A DNA stretch of 64,000 nucleotides, taken from the NCBI RefSeq assembly GCF_000143415.4, contig NW_003314268.1:1069247-1133246 (forward strand). Reading direction: 5' to 3'. Position numbers and translations under genes: made by a program. Shown piece after piece: positions 35,900 to 47,039 of this stretch; within the stretch, counting starts at the first letter, position 1; each line of letters opens with the position of its first letter. The notes below the pieces were generated by a model that saw only the letters and a list, made by a program, of their open reading frames with translations, had not been told where the DNA came from and did no database searches. Source of the stretch: Selaginella moellendorffii. Its lineage: Eukaryota; Plantae; Lycopodiophyta.

Positions 35900-38800
35900 A
35901 AATTTGGTTTGATCAAGGTGAAACATACTCACTGAAATTCACTGAAAATTAGGCATCTGAATATCTCTTGGAAATTTGTTTGCTTTTGCATATGCCTTCA
36001 AGACAAAAAGTATATTTTATTATATTTTAAATAGTTACTAATAAATAAGAATTGAACTTATATTATTTGCTCTAATACCACATGTAACACACTCTATTTC
36101 TCCCTTTAAACTAACTATAAAAAAACAAGATAATTAAAAACTATTTGATCCATATATATCCTAAAATTCCCAAGATTCAAAAGATTCATAACTAAATTTT
36201 AATAAATTGATCTATTTTTGGGTTTTATCCTATATAGAAAGCATCAATAGCAAGAAAGTGGAGAGTCTTTTGTTATTACTAACTGCCACTCACTAAAGGG
36301 AATTCGTCGATATCGGCCAGGATTTCAAAAGTTTTTTAATCAATATTTATCTTCTAAACAATGCATTAAATTCTCTATTTCTCTATTCTTTTGATGCAAG
36401 TGTCAAAAGTGAAATAAATCATCATAAAATCCAACAATATTTTGTGACTCAAAGATCAAATTATATCATACATAATATTTTAATAGTTAACTAAATTTAT
36501 GTCATATATACTAAACTTATTTAGTTTTCTGACTAAATTCAGCAGAATATAATAGATTTACAAGAATTAAAAGTTATTTGTGATTATATTATAAATATTT
36601 ATAAAAAAGTATAAATACAAACATAATTACTACCATGAATTATATACCAACATTACATTGTTGTATTTAAATTTTAAATAAAATTCATAAAGAGATTTTT
36701 CAAAAATCATAAAATACAGCAAAAAAATATGAATTTTAATAACACATAAAAATTCTATATTAAAACTTATAACTAGGTATATTATATTGAAATTATTAAC
36801 TAGTTAATATAAATCTTGTTAACAATTATGACTAAATGTTTGAAACTTAAAGATATTTTTCTTTCAACCTAAAGCAATACAACATAACCATGGTATTTTA
36901 TTAATTGCATACTATAATTGAAATTTTTGAAAATTAAAAACTGATAAATTTTTTTATTGAGTTTAACTGACAAATTTTCATGTATCATATTATTAAAGAA
37001 ATTCTTCTTAAGGAAATTAAATTAATTATTTCATATTGCTAATTTGAAAATGTAAATAATATAATTATTTATATAAACTTATATAAAGTACATTAAATGT
37101 ATTGTAAAGATGAAATATTGAATTTTTTTTTACAATTGTCACTTTGATAGATGCAAGGTTTACTTTATAAAATTGAAAAAATTAAATTTTTTTAACATAC
37201 TGAACTTTATCAAATAAAAAATAGATTTATATATAAAAAATATCAAAAGTAAAATTTTAAATTATTCAAAAGTACAAATAAATAAATAAATAAATAAGTA
37301 ATAAAAAAAATAATTTAAAAAATAAGTTAAAAATTAGAATAATAATAAAATTTTACCTTAAACTATGTTTTCCTTTTTCAGAATTTCACTTATATTAATT
37401 ATTAAAGTTATAAATATAATAAAAATAAATTTAAACTAAATTTAAGCCACTCAGCAAATGAATGAATATGAAAATGGGTATTTTCATTAATTTTAGATTA
37501 AATTTCAAATTTTCTTTTAGTTAATGTCTATCTATTTAATAACCTCACAAGTATATATTAATTTTTTTAAATTCTTAATTAATTTGTGCTATTAGTAAAA
37601 TGAATAATTTTAGAGTCATTATTTTATTGTGACTTAAAGTTAAAGTTGAATTTTAAATTTAAACTATTCTTTTAGAACTTCAAAACATACATTAAAAGAG
37701 TCTACTGACATACTCTAAAAGATTATCATTGCTTAGCTTGAGTTAGACTATCTCTAACTTTATTTTTTTGTGGTTTGCTACCACCCTAGAAAGAAAAAAA
37801 AAGTTAAACTTTTTGTAAAAAAAGAAAATGTGTAATAAAAATTTAAGTTAAAATGATATAGTGGTGTATACTCTTCCTTAATATTAACCTAATATCTCAT
37901 TATCTACACAATAAATCTGGAAATTGTAAAGAAAAGGAACATAAACTAGCTAAATTATAAAAGTTTATTAATGCATTTATCCATTACAAAATTGAAACTA
38001 ATTTTTTTATCAAGTTTAATTGACCAAAGTTCATGTTTTATATTCATAAGAGCAATTGTCATAAAGGAAATTTAATTAATTATTTTATATTATTAATTTG
38101 CAAATGTAAATAATATATTTTTTCATATGGAGTTATATATTATATGGTATATGTTGTGATCATAAAACACTAAAATTATTTACTATTACTACCATGATAA
38201 ATGCAAGCTTTGTTTTATAGTATTAGCAACAATCAAAACTTTTGATATACTTAACTTTATCAAATAAATAATATGGTTTGATATATCGCACTCGTGATTT
38301 GTAGCTGATTGACAAGTGCCCCAGAGATCAGATCTAACTATGCAAAGTGAAGAAGCTTTATACCATATACTAAAAATTAAATTTTCAAAATTTATATTTA
38401 TAAGCTTAATTAAGTAGTATAAAATAAAATAACTAACAATGAAGCAAAACTTTAGAAAAGTAACTAAAAAAATAATATTATAATAAAATTTTACCTTAAA
38501 CTATTCTGTCCTTCTAGAATCAAATAATAGAAGGAAATTTAAGTTATAATTAAGAAAGTTTAAATATATTTTTAATATATGCAAAACAATATTTTAATGA
38601 TGTGGAAAGCAACTTCAAGAGCTGATTAATAATAATATTCACCATAATATTTCTTGTTTATATATACATGTAAATTTTCTTTAAAATAAATCTAGTAATT
38701 GTTATTTTAAAAAATTCTTACTTTTTATGATCTCAGTATTTTTAATAATTGTTTTTATTTTGGTTCATAGTGGTCAAAAGACCTACTTATTTCCATAGTT

Positions 38801-39166
38801 AATCTATAAGAGATATTACATAAATTGTTTAAATTTAAATGTTTATATATATCTTTGATAAATATTATTAGAAATACCAATAATGATATTAGTTTAACAA
38901 CTAAAACTAATTTTTTTATCTGAACTAGTTATAAAAAAATTCAAAATAACTAGAAAAAGTTGATAATTTCCTGTGCATTACGTGCAACAATGCTGTACTT
39001 GCTTAATAGTTCAAATTAAAGTTTATAATTGTAAACATGTTTATAATTTATAAACACAAGATTAATCATATTACATAACACCCATTAGATCATAGAATAG
39101 GTTGAATATACTAGAAAGTGTTTAGAAAAGTTTTTAAATTATAAACATGCTTATAAATTATCAATT
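35900..39166. repeat. Extremely AT-rich decayed repeat block with internal direct duplication
   Basis: No ORFs. About 37000-37400 resembles about 38050-38520. The right end (39010-39166, continuing at 44177-44290) is the repeat family seen again at 47570-47800 and 48440-48720. Confidence 0.65.
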
Positions 39167-39340
39167 TGTGAGGGCCAAGTGTACGGCTACGATGCCGTAT
39201 ACTAATATTAGCGTAGTGGATTTTGGTAGCCGTCGGATTGGTTTTAATCCGGACCACTCGCTCCTGTATATAAGCTAGGGTTTTTGGGTTAATTGATATG
39301 CACATTTCTGTATTCCCTTTCCATATTCCATGCACTCACA
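39167..39340 (+). repeat. 5' LTR
   Basis: tgtgagggcc...gcactcaca with terminal inverted TGTGAG/CTCACA and a TATATAA box. Confidence 0.97.
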
Positions 39341-39341
39341 T

Positions 39342-39357
39342 TGGTGGAGATGAGGGG
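39342..39357 (+). other. Primer-binding site complementary to the tRNA-Ala 3' end
   Basis: tggtggagatgagggg directly after the LTR; tRNA-Ala ends ...CAUCUCCACCA. Confidence 0.8.
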
Positions 39358-39573
39358 CACCTTTGATTGTCCCTGGGGAGTGCTTGGATTTGGGATTTCG
39401 GTTTAGATCTAGCTTTTGCATTGTCTAGATCTAGCTTTTTCCATTTCCTTTCTTTTGTTCTTTCCTTTCAGGATTTTGGTTTAGATCTAGCTTTTTGCAT
39501 TGTCTAGATCTACCATTTCTTTCTAGCTTTTTGTCATTTCTCTTCTTTTGCTCTTTCTTTCTCATTCATTTTC

Positions 39574-40506
39574 ATGGCCGATCCGCAATCTCCTCCTTTG
39601 ACTCTAGAGCAACAGTTGGTTCAATTGCTTGATGCTATGCGCCTGCAATTGAACAACCAAACTCAGTTGATGGCGGCGTTCACGGCACATGGTACAACTC
39701 CTCCTGCTTTTGGTGCCAATCCTCGCGTTCGGCCGGAGTTCTTTCGTGGGAATCCTGGGGATGATGTGTACCATTGGTTCGATCACTTCACGGTGATTGC
39801 CACATATCATTCTTGGGATGATGCTCGGCGTTTGCGTGAGTTCCCCACATGTCTTCAAGGGATGGCATTGCAGTGGTACAATGGATTGAGCGCAGCTACT
39901 TGTGGCGATTGGAGTGTTCTTCCGGATGTCTTCAAACGCGCCTTCGGACACGCCGACGATTGTGATGATGCCTTCCAACAATTGCATCGTCTTCGCCAAG
40001 GGCCATATGAGTCGGTGATGCAATTTGGCGTTCGTTTCCGAAGTCTTTTGCTTCGTGCGGAGCCAAATATGTCGGAGCGGATCAAGCTAGGAATGCTGTG
40101 GCCAGCACTTCGTCAAGATCTTGTCGGACTTGTGCATGCACTTGCTCCTGCCACTCTTGACGATGCTCTTCGTTTGGCACAACGTTATGAGACGTCGCCT
40201 CTTCCACTTCTTGCTACACGTCCTTCAGCTCCACTTCCTATGAGTGATGGTCCTGTTCCCATGGAGGTTGATGCTGCTGCTACTCGAGTCCAAGGACAAG
40301 GGCGAGGACGTGGTCGTGGCCGTGACATTCGTTGCTGGGCGTGTGATGAAGTTGGTCATACTTATCGGCGTTGTCGGCGCTTTCCGGATTGGCGACCTCC
40401 ATTTCCTGGGTGGAGACCTTGGCGTCAGCAACGTCCCGTTGGTGCTGCTGCGGTGGAAGGTTTGGATACCGAGGTGCATTCGGGAAACGAGGAGTCGCAC
40501 GAGTAA
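39574..40506 (+). CDS. gag: Gag
   Basis: 310 aa. Retrotransposon gag helices, LRQGPYESV, PVPMEVD, zinc knuckle CWACDEVGHTYRRC. Confidence 0.93.
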   Translation: MADPQSPPLTLEQQLVQLLDAMRLQLNNQTQLMAAFTAHGTTPPAFGANPRVRPEFFRGNPGDDVYHWFDHFTVIATYHSWDDARRLREFPTCLQGMALQWYNGLSAATCGDWSVLPDVFKRAFGHADDCDDAFQQLHRLRQGPYESVMQFGVRFRSLLLRAEPNMSERIKLGMLWPALRQDLVGLVHALAPATLDDALRLAQRYETSPLPLLATRPSAPLPMSDGPVPMEVDAAATRVQGQGRGRGRGRDIRCWACDEVGHTYRRCRRFPDWRPPFPGWRPWRQQRPVGAAAVEGLDTEVHSGNEESHE

Positions 40507-43500
40507 TGGAGGGACCTTGCGCGAATAAGTTAGTGACCCCTCCATCTTTCTTTCGGGAGTATCATCAAGGGGTTCACTCGGCACCGGTTCATCCAGTGTT
40601 TACTTTCCAAGCTCGTTTTTATAACAAGAGGTTTCCTATTCTTCTCTCCATGTTGGTTGATACAGGTTTGAGTTTATCTTCTATTGCTCGACCTGTTGCC
40701 ACACGTTGTCGTCTACACTTGCGTCGTGCGACGGATCCAGTTTTCATTCTTTATGGCAACGGCCGTACACATGCATGTGCACGAGATGAGGCGGACCTGG
40801 TTGTGTGTGTGGGCGATCTCGAGCTTGAGTTGCAGTCGTTGCGGGTGGTGCCGAGTCAAGCTTTTGACCTCATTCTTGGTATGGATTGGTTGCAGCACAA
40901 TCATGCCAAGTGTGACTTTGAGGCTTTTCCCCCTTGTCTCATACTTCCTTATGTTTCATCCATTCCTCTCACTTTTGTACCTCTTCGTCCCTCTACTTCT
41001 ACCTCTGCTTCCATTACTTTTGTTCCCCCATTATTTCCTCTTGTGTTTCCATCTTGTTCTGCTCTTCCCTTTTCCGATCCCTCTGATGATCTTTGTGTTG
41101 CAGCTGTTGATCAGCTCATGAAGGAGTATTCTGATCTCTTTGAATTTGACCTATCGTCTGGGGCCAAGATTGCCACACGTCATCCCATTCCAACCGGGGA
41201 TGCTCGTCCAATCAAGGTTCCTGTTCGTCGTCGGTCACCCAAGGAGATCAAGATTTTACGTGCAAACGTCAAGGAGATGTTGGAGAAGGGTGTTATTCGG
41301 AAGTCGCGGAGTCCTTGGGCATGTGAACCTCATCTTGTGACGAAGCCTGATGGGAGTATTCGTTTCTGCATCGACTATCGTCCGTTAAATGAAGTGACGA
41401 TCCCGGACGTGTACCCTCTTCCTCACACTGCTGATCTCTTGGATCGTCTGGGGCGAAGTCGTTGGTTCACCAAGCTAGATCTTGCTTCTGGGTATTGGCA
41501 AGTACCGATGGCTGAAGACGATATTCCTAAGACTGCTTTTCGTACACCATTTGGTTTGTACGAGTTTTTGGTGATGCCGTTTGGTTTGAACAATGCTCCA
41601 GCAACTTTTCAGCGAATGATGGACGAGGTTCTTTGCGATATGCCAGAGGTGACGGCTGACTTCATTGATGATGTCTTGATCCACTCGGAGGGGACGTGGG
41701 AGAAGCATGTTCGTGATGTTTGTAAAGTGTTGGATCGGCTACGCGACGTTGGTTTAAAGCTGAAGCGGTCGAAGTGCGTGTTTGGGTCCAAGGACACAAC
41801 TTATCTTGGGTACCGTATTTCTCGTGAGGGTTTGCAAGTTGATCCTGACAAACTTGTGGCTGTTCTAAAGTTCCCTACTCCGAAGTGTGTGAATGATGTG
41901 CAGCGCTTTTTGGGTAAGGTGCAGTATCTCGGTCGTTTTGTGGATCATCTTTCCGATCGCACTTTACCATTGCCAGTGTTGCTGAAGTCATCAACGTCAT
42001 CTTTCATCTGGTCTCCCGATTGTGAGCGGGCGTTCGTGAATCTCAAAGAGCTATTGACGACTCCTCCGGTTTTGGCATATCCTGACTACACTCGACCTTT
42101 TATTTTGCGCGTGGATGCTTCTGACATTGGTCTTGGAGGTGTGTTGATGCAAGAGAGCTCGAGTGTGCCTAGTCAGCGCCATCCCATTGCATACATAAGC
42201 CGTACATTACAACTAGCGGAGATGAACTACTCCACGACGGAGAAGGAGTGTTTAGCAGCAGTCTGGGGTTTCGAGAAACTTCATGCCTATCTACATGGTT
42301 CTCGGACGTTACTTGAAGGTGACCATGCTGCTGTTACTTCATTATTGAAGCGGAAGAACCTGGTTGGTCGTACGGCTCGATGGGCTTTGAAGCTTCAGAT
42401 ATATGATTTCGATGTTGTTCATCGCCCAGGGAGTTCTATGGCTGATGCTGATGCCCTTTCTCGAGCTCCTCTTCCTTCTCCACTCACTTCTCATGTTTCT
42501 GATGAACCTGTTGTTCCAGCATCTGTGGATTTTCTAGATGAGGATTCTGTGCCGTCGGCGGTTGCTGTCCTTGACGTTCAGTGTCCACAGGGCGTAGAGC
42601 AAGATCTACCTTCTCTGGATGAGGTTCGCGAGGCTCAAAAGATTGAGCCGTGGATTCGAAGGCTTCGAGATGGGTTTGAGAATCCTGCATCACTTGCTGA
42701 TGACTTGCCTTTTCGGCATTTACATTCTCAATATCGCCTTGAAGATGGCCTTCTTTATTTTGTGGGGACGGATCCTGATGCTCATTTACGGCTGGTGGTG
42801 CCTTCGGTGTTTATTCCGCGGTTTCTCCATGCCTACCATGATTCTCCTATTCTAGGTGGGCATATGGGACACCGTCGTGTCACCGAGAAGTTGCGCAGAT
42901 CTTTCTATTGGCCAGAGATGCGACGTGATATTATCCGGTATGTGCGTAGCTGCGTTTGGTGCCAAGCTCGTAATACTCCCCCTTGTGCTGCGGAAGGACG
43001 GTTGGAGTCAATTGCAGTTTCTCATCCGTTTGAGTTGGTGGCGTTTGATCTTATGGGACCTTTTCCGCGATCGACTGCTGGCAATGAGTATGTTATTATT
43101 GCTTCTGACTACTTGACTCGTTGGGTGGAAGTTGGTGCTCTTGCTAGTGCCTCTGCAACTGCTGTTGGATACTTCCTCCTCAATCGAGTGGTGTTCCAGC
43201 ATTCTTGTTCAGAACGGATTCTTTCGGATAATGGTCCTGCATTTATGGCTGAGGTATTTCATGTTTTGACATCTCGGTTGGGGATACGCCACACTTTTAC
43301 GAGTGCTTATCATCCACAATCAGACGGTCTGGTGGAACGGCTCGTTCGGACATTCAAAGGGATGATTGCGAAGTATGTGAACTTTCAACATTCGGATTGG
43401 GATGGTTATTTGCCGTCTCTTCGGTATGCTTATGTCACAGGGGTGCAGAGTTCTGTTGGTGCTTCACCATATAAACTTCTATATGGTCATGATCCAATAT

Positions 43501-43970
43501 TACCAATAGAGCTAGGTTTACCTTCGCGATTGCCACGAGCTCCTGATGCTAGGTCGTGGGATCAATATTTGACAAGCATTCTTCCACTTGTCCGAGCAGA
43601 GTCTGCTGAACACTTAGGCCGCGTACAAGTGGGACAACAACGGCGCTACAATTCCCATCATTGTCCACCAGCGGAGTACAAAATGGATGATTTGGTGTTA
43701 GTCCGTTTTCCCCATCTTACGGTACGTGGTTTATCTAAGGGGCTCCTTGCGCAGTGGAAAGGACCGTATCGGGTGTTGCGGCAAGTTGGACCACAAGTTT
43801 ATAAGGTTCGGCATGACGTTCAGCAGGCTGATCCTCCGGAGATTGTGCATGTGCAGCGGTTAAAACGCTTCATACAGAGGGATCAGGAGCAGTTAATACC
43901 GTCTACAGATCCACCGATGCCTCCTCCTGACGTTCCTCCAGATCCCGGCCCATCTACAAGAGAACCCTGA
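40482..43970 (+). CDS. pol: Pol (protease, RT, RNase H, integrase) in the -1 frame relative to gag
   Basis: LVDTG, RFCIDYRPLN, MPFGLNNAPATFQ, FIDD, DAS..GLG, YSTTEKECLA, HHCC, D,D(35)E core, WKGPY. The ORF is uninterrupted. Confidence 0.96.
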   Translation, partial: GKRGVARVMEGPCANKLVTPPSFFREYHQGVHSAPVHPVFTFQARFYNKRFPILLSMLVDTGLSLSSIARPVATRCRLHLRRATDPVFILYGNGRTHACARDEADLVVCVGDLELELQSLRVVPSQAFDLILGMDWLQHNHAKCDFEAFPPCLILPYVSSIPLTFVPLRPSTSTSASITFVPPLFPLVFPSCSALPFSDPSDDLCVAAVDQLMKEYSDLFEFDLSSGAKIATRHPIPTGDARPIKVPVRRRSPKEIKILRANVKEMLEKGVIRKSRSPWACEPHLVTKPDGSIRFCIDYRPLNEVTIPDVYPLPHTADLLDRLGRSRWFTKLDLASGYWQVPMAEDDIPKTAFRTPFGLYEFLVMPFGLNNAPATFQRMMDEVLCDMPEVTADFIDDVLIHSEGTWEKHVRDVCKVLDRLRDVGLKLKRSKCVFGSKDTTYLGYRISREGLQVDPDKLVAVLKFPTPKCVNDVQRFLGKVQYLGRFVDHLSDRTLPLPVLLKSSTSSFIWSPDCERAFVNLKELLTTPPVLAYPDYTRPFILRVDASDIGLGGVLMQESSSVPSQRHPIAYISRTLQLAEMNYSTTEKECLAAVWGFEKLHAYLHGSRTLLEGDHAAVTSLLKRKNLVGRTARWALKLQIYDFDVVHRPGSSMADADALSRAPLPSPLTSHVSDEPVVPASVDFLDEDSVPSAVAVLDVQCPQGVEQDLPSLDEVREAQKIEPWIRRLRDGFENPASLADDLPFRHLHSQYRLEDGLLYFVGTDPDAHLRLVVPSVFIPRFLHAYHDSPILGGHMGHRRVTEKLRRSFYWPEMRRDIIRYVRSCVWCQARNTPPCAAEGRLESIAVSHPFELVAFDLMGPFPRSTAGNEYVIIASDYLTRWVEVGALASASATAVGYFLLNRVVFQHSCSERILSDNGPAFMAEVFHVLTSRLGIRHTFTSAYHPQSDGLVERLVRTFKGMIAKYVNFQHSDWDGYLPSLRYAYVTGVQSSVGASPYKLLYGHDPILPIELGLPSRLPRAPDARSWDQYLTSILPLVRAESAEHLGRVQVGQQRRYNSHHCPPAEYKMDDLVLVRFPHLTVRGLSKGLLAQWKGPYRVLRQVGPQVYKVRHDVQQADPPEIVHVQRLKRFIQRDQEQLIPSTDPPMPPPDVPPDPGPSTREP

Positions 43971-44002
43971 CGGCCTTCCATTATTCCAAGAGGAGGGGAT
44001 GA

Positions 44003-44176
44003 TGTGAGGGCCAAGTGTACGGCTACGATGCCGTATACTAATATTAGCGTAGTGGATTTTGGTAGCCGTCGGATTGGTTTTAATCCGGACCACTCGCTCC
44101 TGTATATAAGCTAGGGTTTTTGGGTTAATTGATATGCACATTTCTGTATTCCCTTTCCATATTCCATGCACTCACA
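44003..44176 (+). repeat. 3' LTR
   Basis: Copy of 39167-39340, preceded by the polypurine tract aagaggaggggatga. Confidence 0.97.
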
Positions 44177-45655
44177 AATTCAAAATTAATTTAAATGAAT
44201 AACAACCATTAGGTGGTAGAATATCCTAGAATATCCAAGCTTATTCTAGGTATATCTACTACCACCCTACAGGTTTTCTTAAGCAAACTAATTAAAAAAA
44301 TGTAAGATATTCCGTAAAACTATATTAAAGTTGTTAAACTTTTAATTTAAAATGCTTATATCTAGAAAATGAATTATGATTATAATTTTTCACCAAGATA
44401 TAATGTTTAGTGAGACAAATAAGTATATAAAATATTAAAAATGTTGCTATATTCTAATAAAAATGTTTGAAGATAAACAAATAAGAAGATTATACAACTC
44501 ATCTATGGTTTGCCATATCTAAAGTTTTTTATATAGTAGTCAGCTTTTAGTAGCATAACTAATTCTTAATCTTATTTATCAGTTGATCTGCTGCACAGTT
44601 ATCAGTTATTTTGCAAACTCCAGTACTAACTCTTTCAATGATCTTCCTCAAACTTCGGACAAAGCCCAATAAGCATATTTCTATGACAACTTTTACTGGA
44701 TTGAACACCTTGGATTCTCAAGAAAATCCACTTCTTTATGGAACATAGCCTGTGGGCACTCCCTCTCCCAGCTGTGACCAAGTTCCCATCCAAAAAGCAG
44801 CTACATGTGAGCTCGACGTGAGCCAGAGCAGCGAGTCTATCAAGTTGGTGAGCTCCCATGCCGAAGGTCCCCTTTGCGGCCAAGAAGAGAGGAGACAGCG
44901 TGTGGGAGAGCATGGTAAGCTAGAGACCCGTCCATCCAAGAAAATCACATGCTCTCTCCTCTTTCCAATCCCCACCTCAAAAAGGATAGAGCAGATAGAT
45001 TCATTAACAGACAGCATTATACAGCCTCTACTCGGAGGTAACGCCATCAAAACCTCTGGCCAACATGGCTGGCACATTCCTCGTATAGATGGCCCAGACC
45101 CTCCACGGCCAAGAGTAGTTCAATGCCATCCATCACAGAATATTGGCCATGGCTCAGATTGATCGTCCCATTTCGTCCCATGAGCCCCTCCGGAGTATGC
45201 GGAGCCAGGTAACTTTGCATTCCTTTGCCAGTGAATGGCAAAGCTTTCCACTAGGCAATCTATGGCATCTCAACCGATCAAAAAAGGTAGCATGGAACTC
45301 CTAATGTCCAAACGAGAGTGATACATATGAGATGTTCGTTAATTGGCAAGCATTGCCAGCGCAAGCTTGCTGTGTCAAGATGGAAAGGATTTCGGAGCGG
45401 TGGACTACAAGCTAGTTTCCATAAAATCATTCTATCCCTCATTGCTAGCGCTGGAGCATATATACTGTACATTGTGTCTCAAAGGCCAGAAACAAACAAT
45501 TGAAGGAGATATTGTGAAAACTGAGGCTCTCGGCTAGAAATTGTTGAGCAAGAAATGGAGCTGCTGCAGATTCCAGAGGAGCAAACCTGTGTGTTCATCA
45601 CAGGGATGAAGCATTGCACGAAAGAGCATCACGGAGTCATAAGGATGAAACAAGC

Positions 45656-46483
45656 TCAAGCTGCAGAACGAGAAAATAAACGAGAGGAAGTTTTTTTTGA
45701 GGAGAGATAGATCACCTCGTTAGGGAGGAAGTCGGACTTAATTGGCTGCCGCTCGGGGGCCTGGCTGATCTCGGGGAAGCAGGGCAGACAAATGTACACC
45801 TCGTCCCTGATCACCTGATGATCCTTGCTCACGAGCCAAACCCAGCGGATGAGGTCGTGAGCCTTGAAAAGGATCGTGTGCCGCTCCATAAACATCTCCA
45901 CCATGAGCTTCATGCGATCCTCATTCAGTAAAACTTTCTCGTAGAACTCACGGTTGCCCGTCACAAAGACCTGATCAAACACCCAGTATCTGGGAGATAA
46001 AGAAGAAAATACTGAGCCGCAAGAAGTCGGACTTATTTGGCTGCCTCCACAGCTCCTTGCGATCCTCGTTCAGTAAAACTTTCTCGTAGAACTCGCGGTT
46101 GCCCGTCACAAACACCTGATCAAACACCCAGTATGATCAGCGGAAAAAAGACAACTTTTATAGCGTGCCAGCAGCGCAACGAGCTTGCTGGTTCGCGCGA
46201 ATGTATGAGAGTAGCGGAGGAAACATCCTCTCCTGCGCTTCCTTGTCCGCGATGCCAATCCTCTCAAACACCCACTCGCTGTAACCCTCGCAGAAATGCG
46301 AGAAAGGCCAGTGGTGCCATCCCGGCTGCTCCAAGTAGTTGACATCGGTGAAGAGCGCGCCATCGCCCAAGCATCCGCTTCACCCACAGGCCGAGAGGCC
46401 GCCCCTCCTCCTCCGCCGCGCTCGTCGTACGCCTCCTCGTCGCAAGCAAACTCATCGCCAGAATAGTGAAGGTTCTTCAGCAA
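45656..46483 (-). pseudogene. Fragmented gene of unknown family, with internal duplication
   Basis: Coding-like pieces in several frames (FTDVNYLEQPGWHHWPF..., NREFYEKVLLNEDRMK..VWLVSKDHQVIRDEVYICLPCFPEIS). 45920-45990 is repeated at 46065-46135. Confidence 0.55.
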
Positions 46484-47039
46484 CTCCTTCCGGTGTTGGT
46501 GTACACGATCCGATTCCTCGTGAGCCTTGACTGAGCTTGTAGATTGGGTGTTTCACACAGGAGATCTTCTGATCAGGCCACAAGTATGATAATCTGTGCA
46601 GATTCGGTCAGGTGCATGGCAAACTGTGGATCTCACATCAAATCCAGGAGCGCCTCCCTGATCTTGTTACCATCCCATCCCTGGCCAGCCGGTATTCTAC
46701 CACCCCAAAGCGTAATTCCTCACTCATGTATACAGCACTTGGACTCCATAAAGAAGCATACAAATCATCACAACTCAACAAGAAATTCAGCAAACACAAC
46801 CACATTAAAGACTGGGACACCCCATCTGCTAGTAGAAGTCACCACAACTTGACTGGAACTTGTGACACTCTACGTCACATAAAATGTATAGAAACTTTGT
46901 TAAAGTAAAGTGTGACGCTCCACATCACTACAACTAGCAAATTCCATGGACCCAGCTCATTCATTGCCCCTCATCTCCACCAAACATAGGGTGTATGCCC
47001 AAGCGAGATACATTTTAAGAGAAAAACTTACAGCACCAT

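Larger units (their letters stand above)
39167..44176 (+). mobile_element. Full-length young Ty3/gypsy LTR retrotransposon (no chromodomain seen)
   Basis: TG...CA LTRs 39167-39340 and 44003-44176 (174 bp, identical by eye). AATT TSD. PBS 39342-39357. PPT 43988-44002. Intact gag and pol in PR-RT-RH-IN order. Confidence 0.97.

Noticed and set aside
44635-45537. Several short ORFs right of the LTR element
   Set aside because: No consistent frame or motif; probably decayed sequence.
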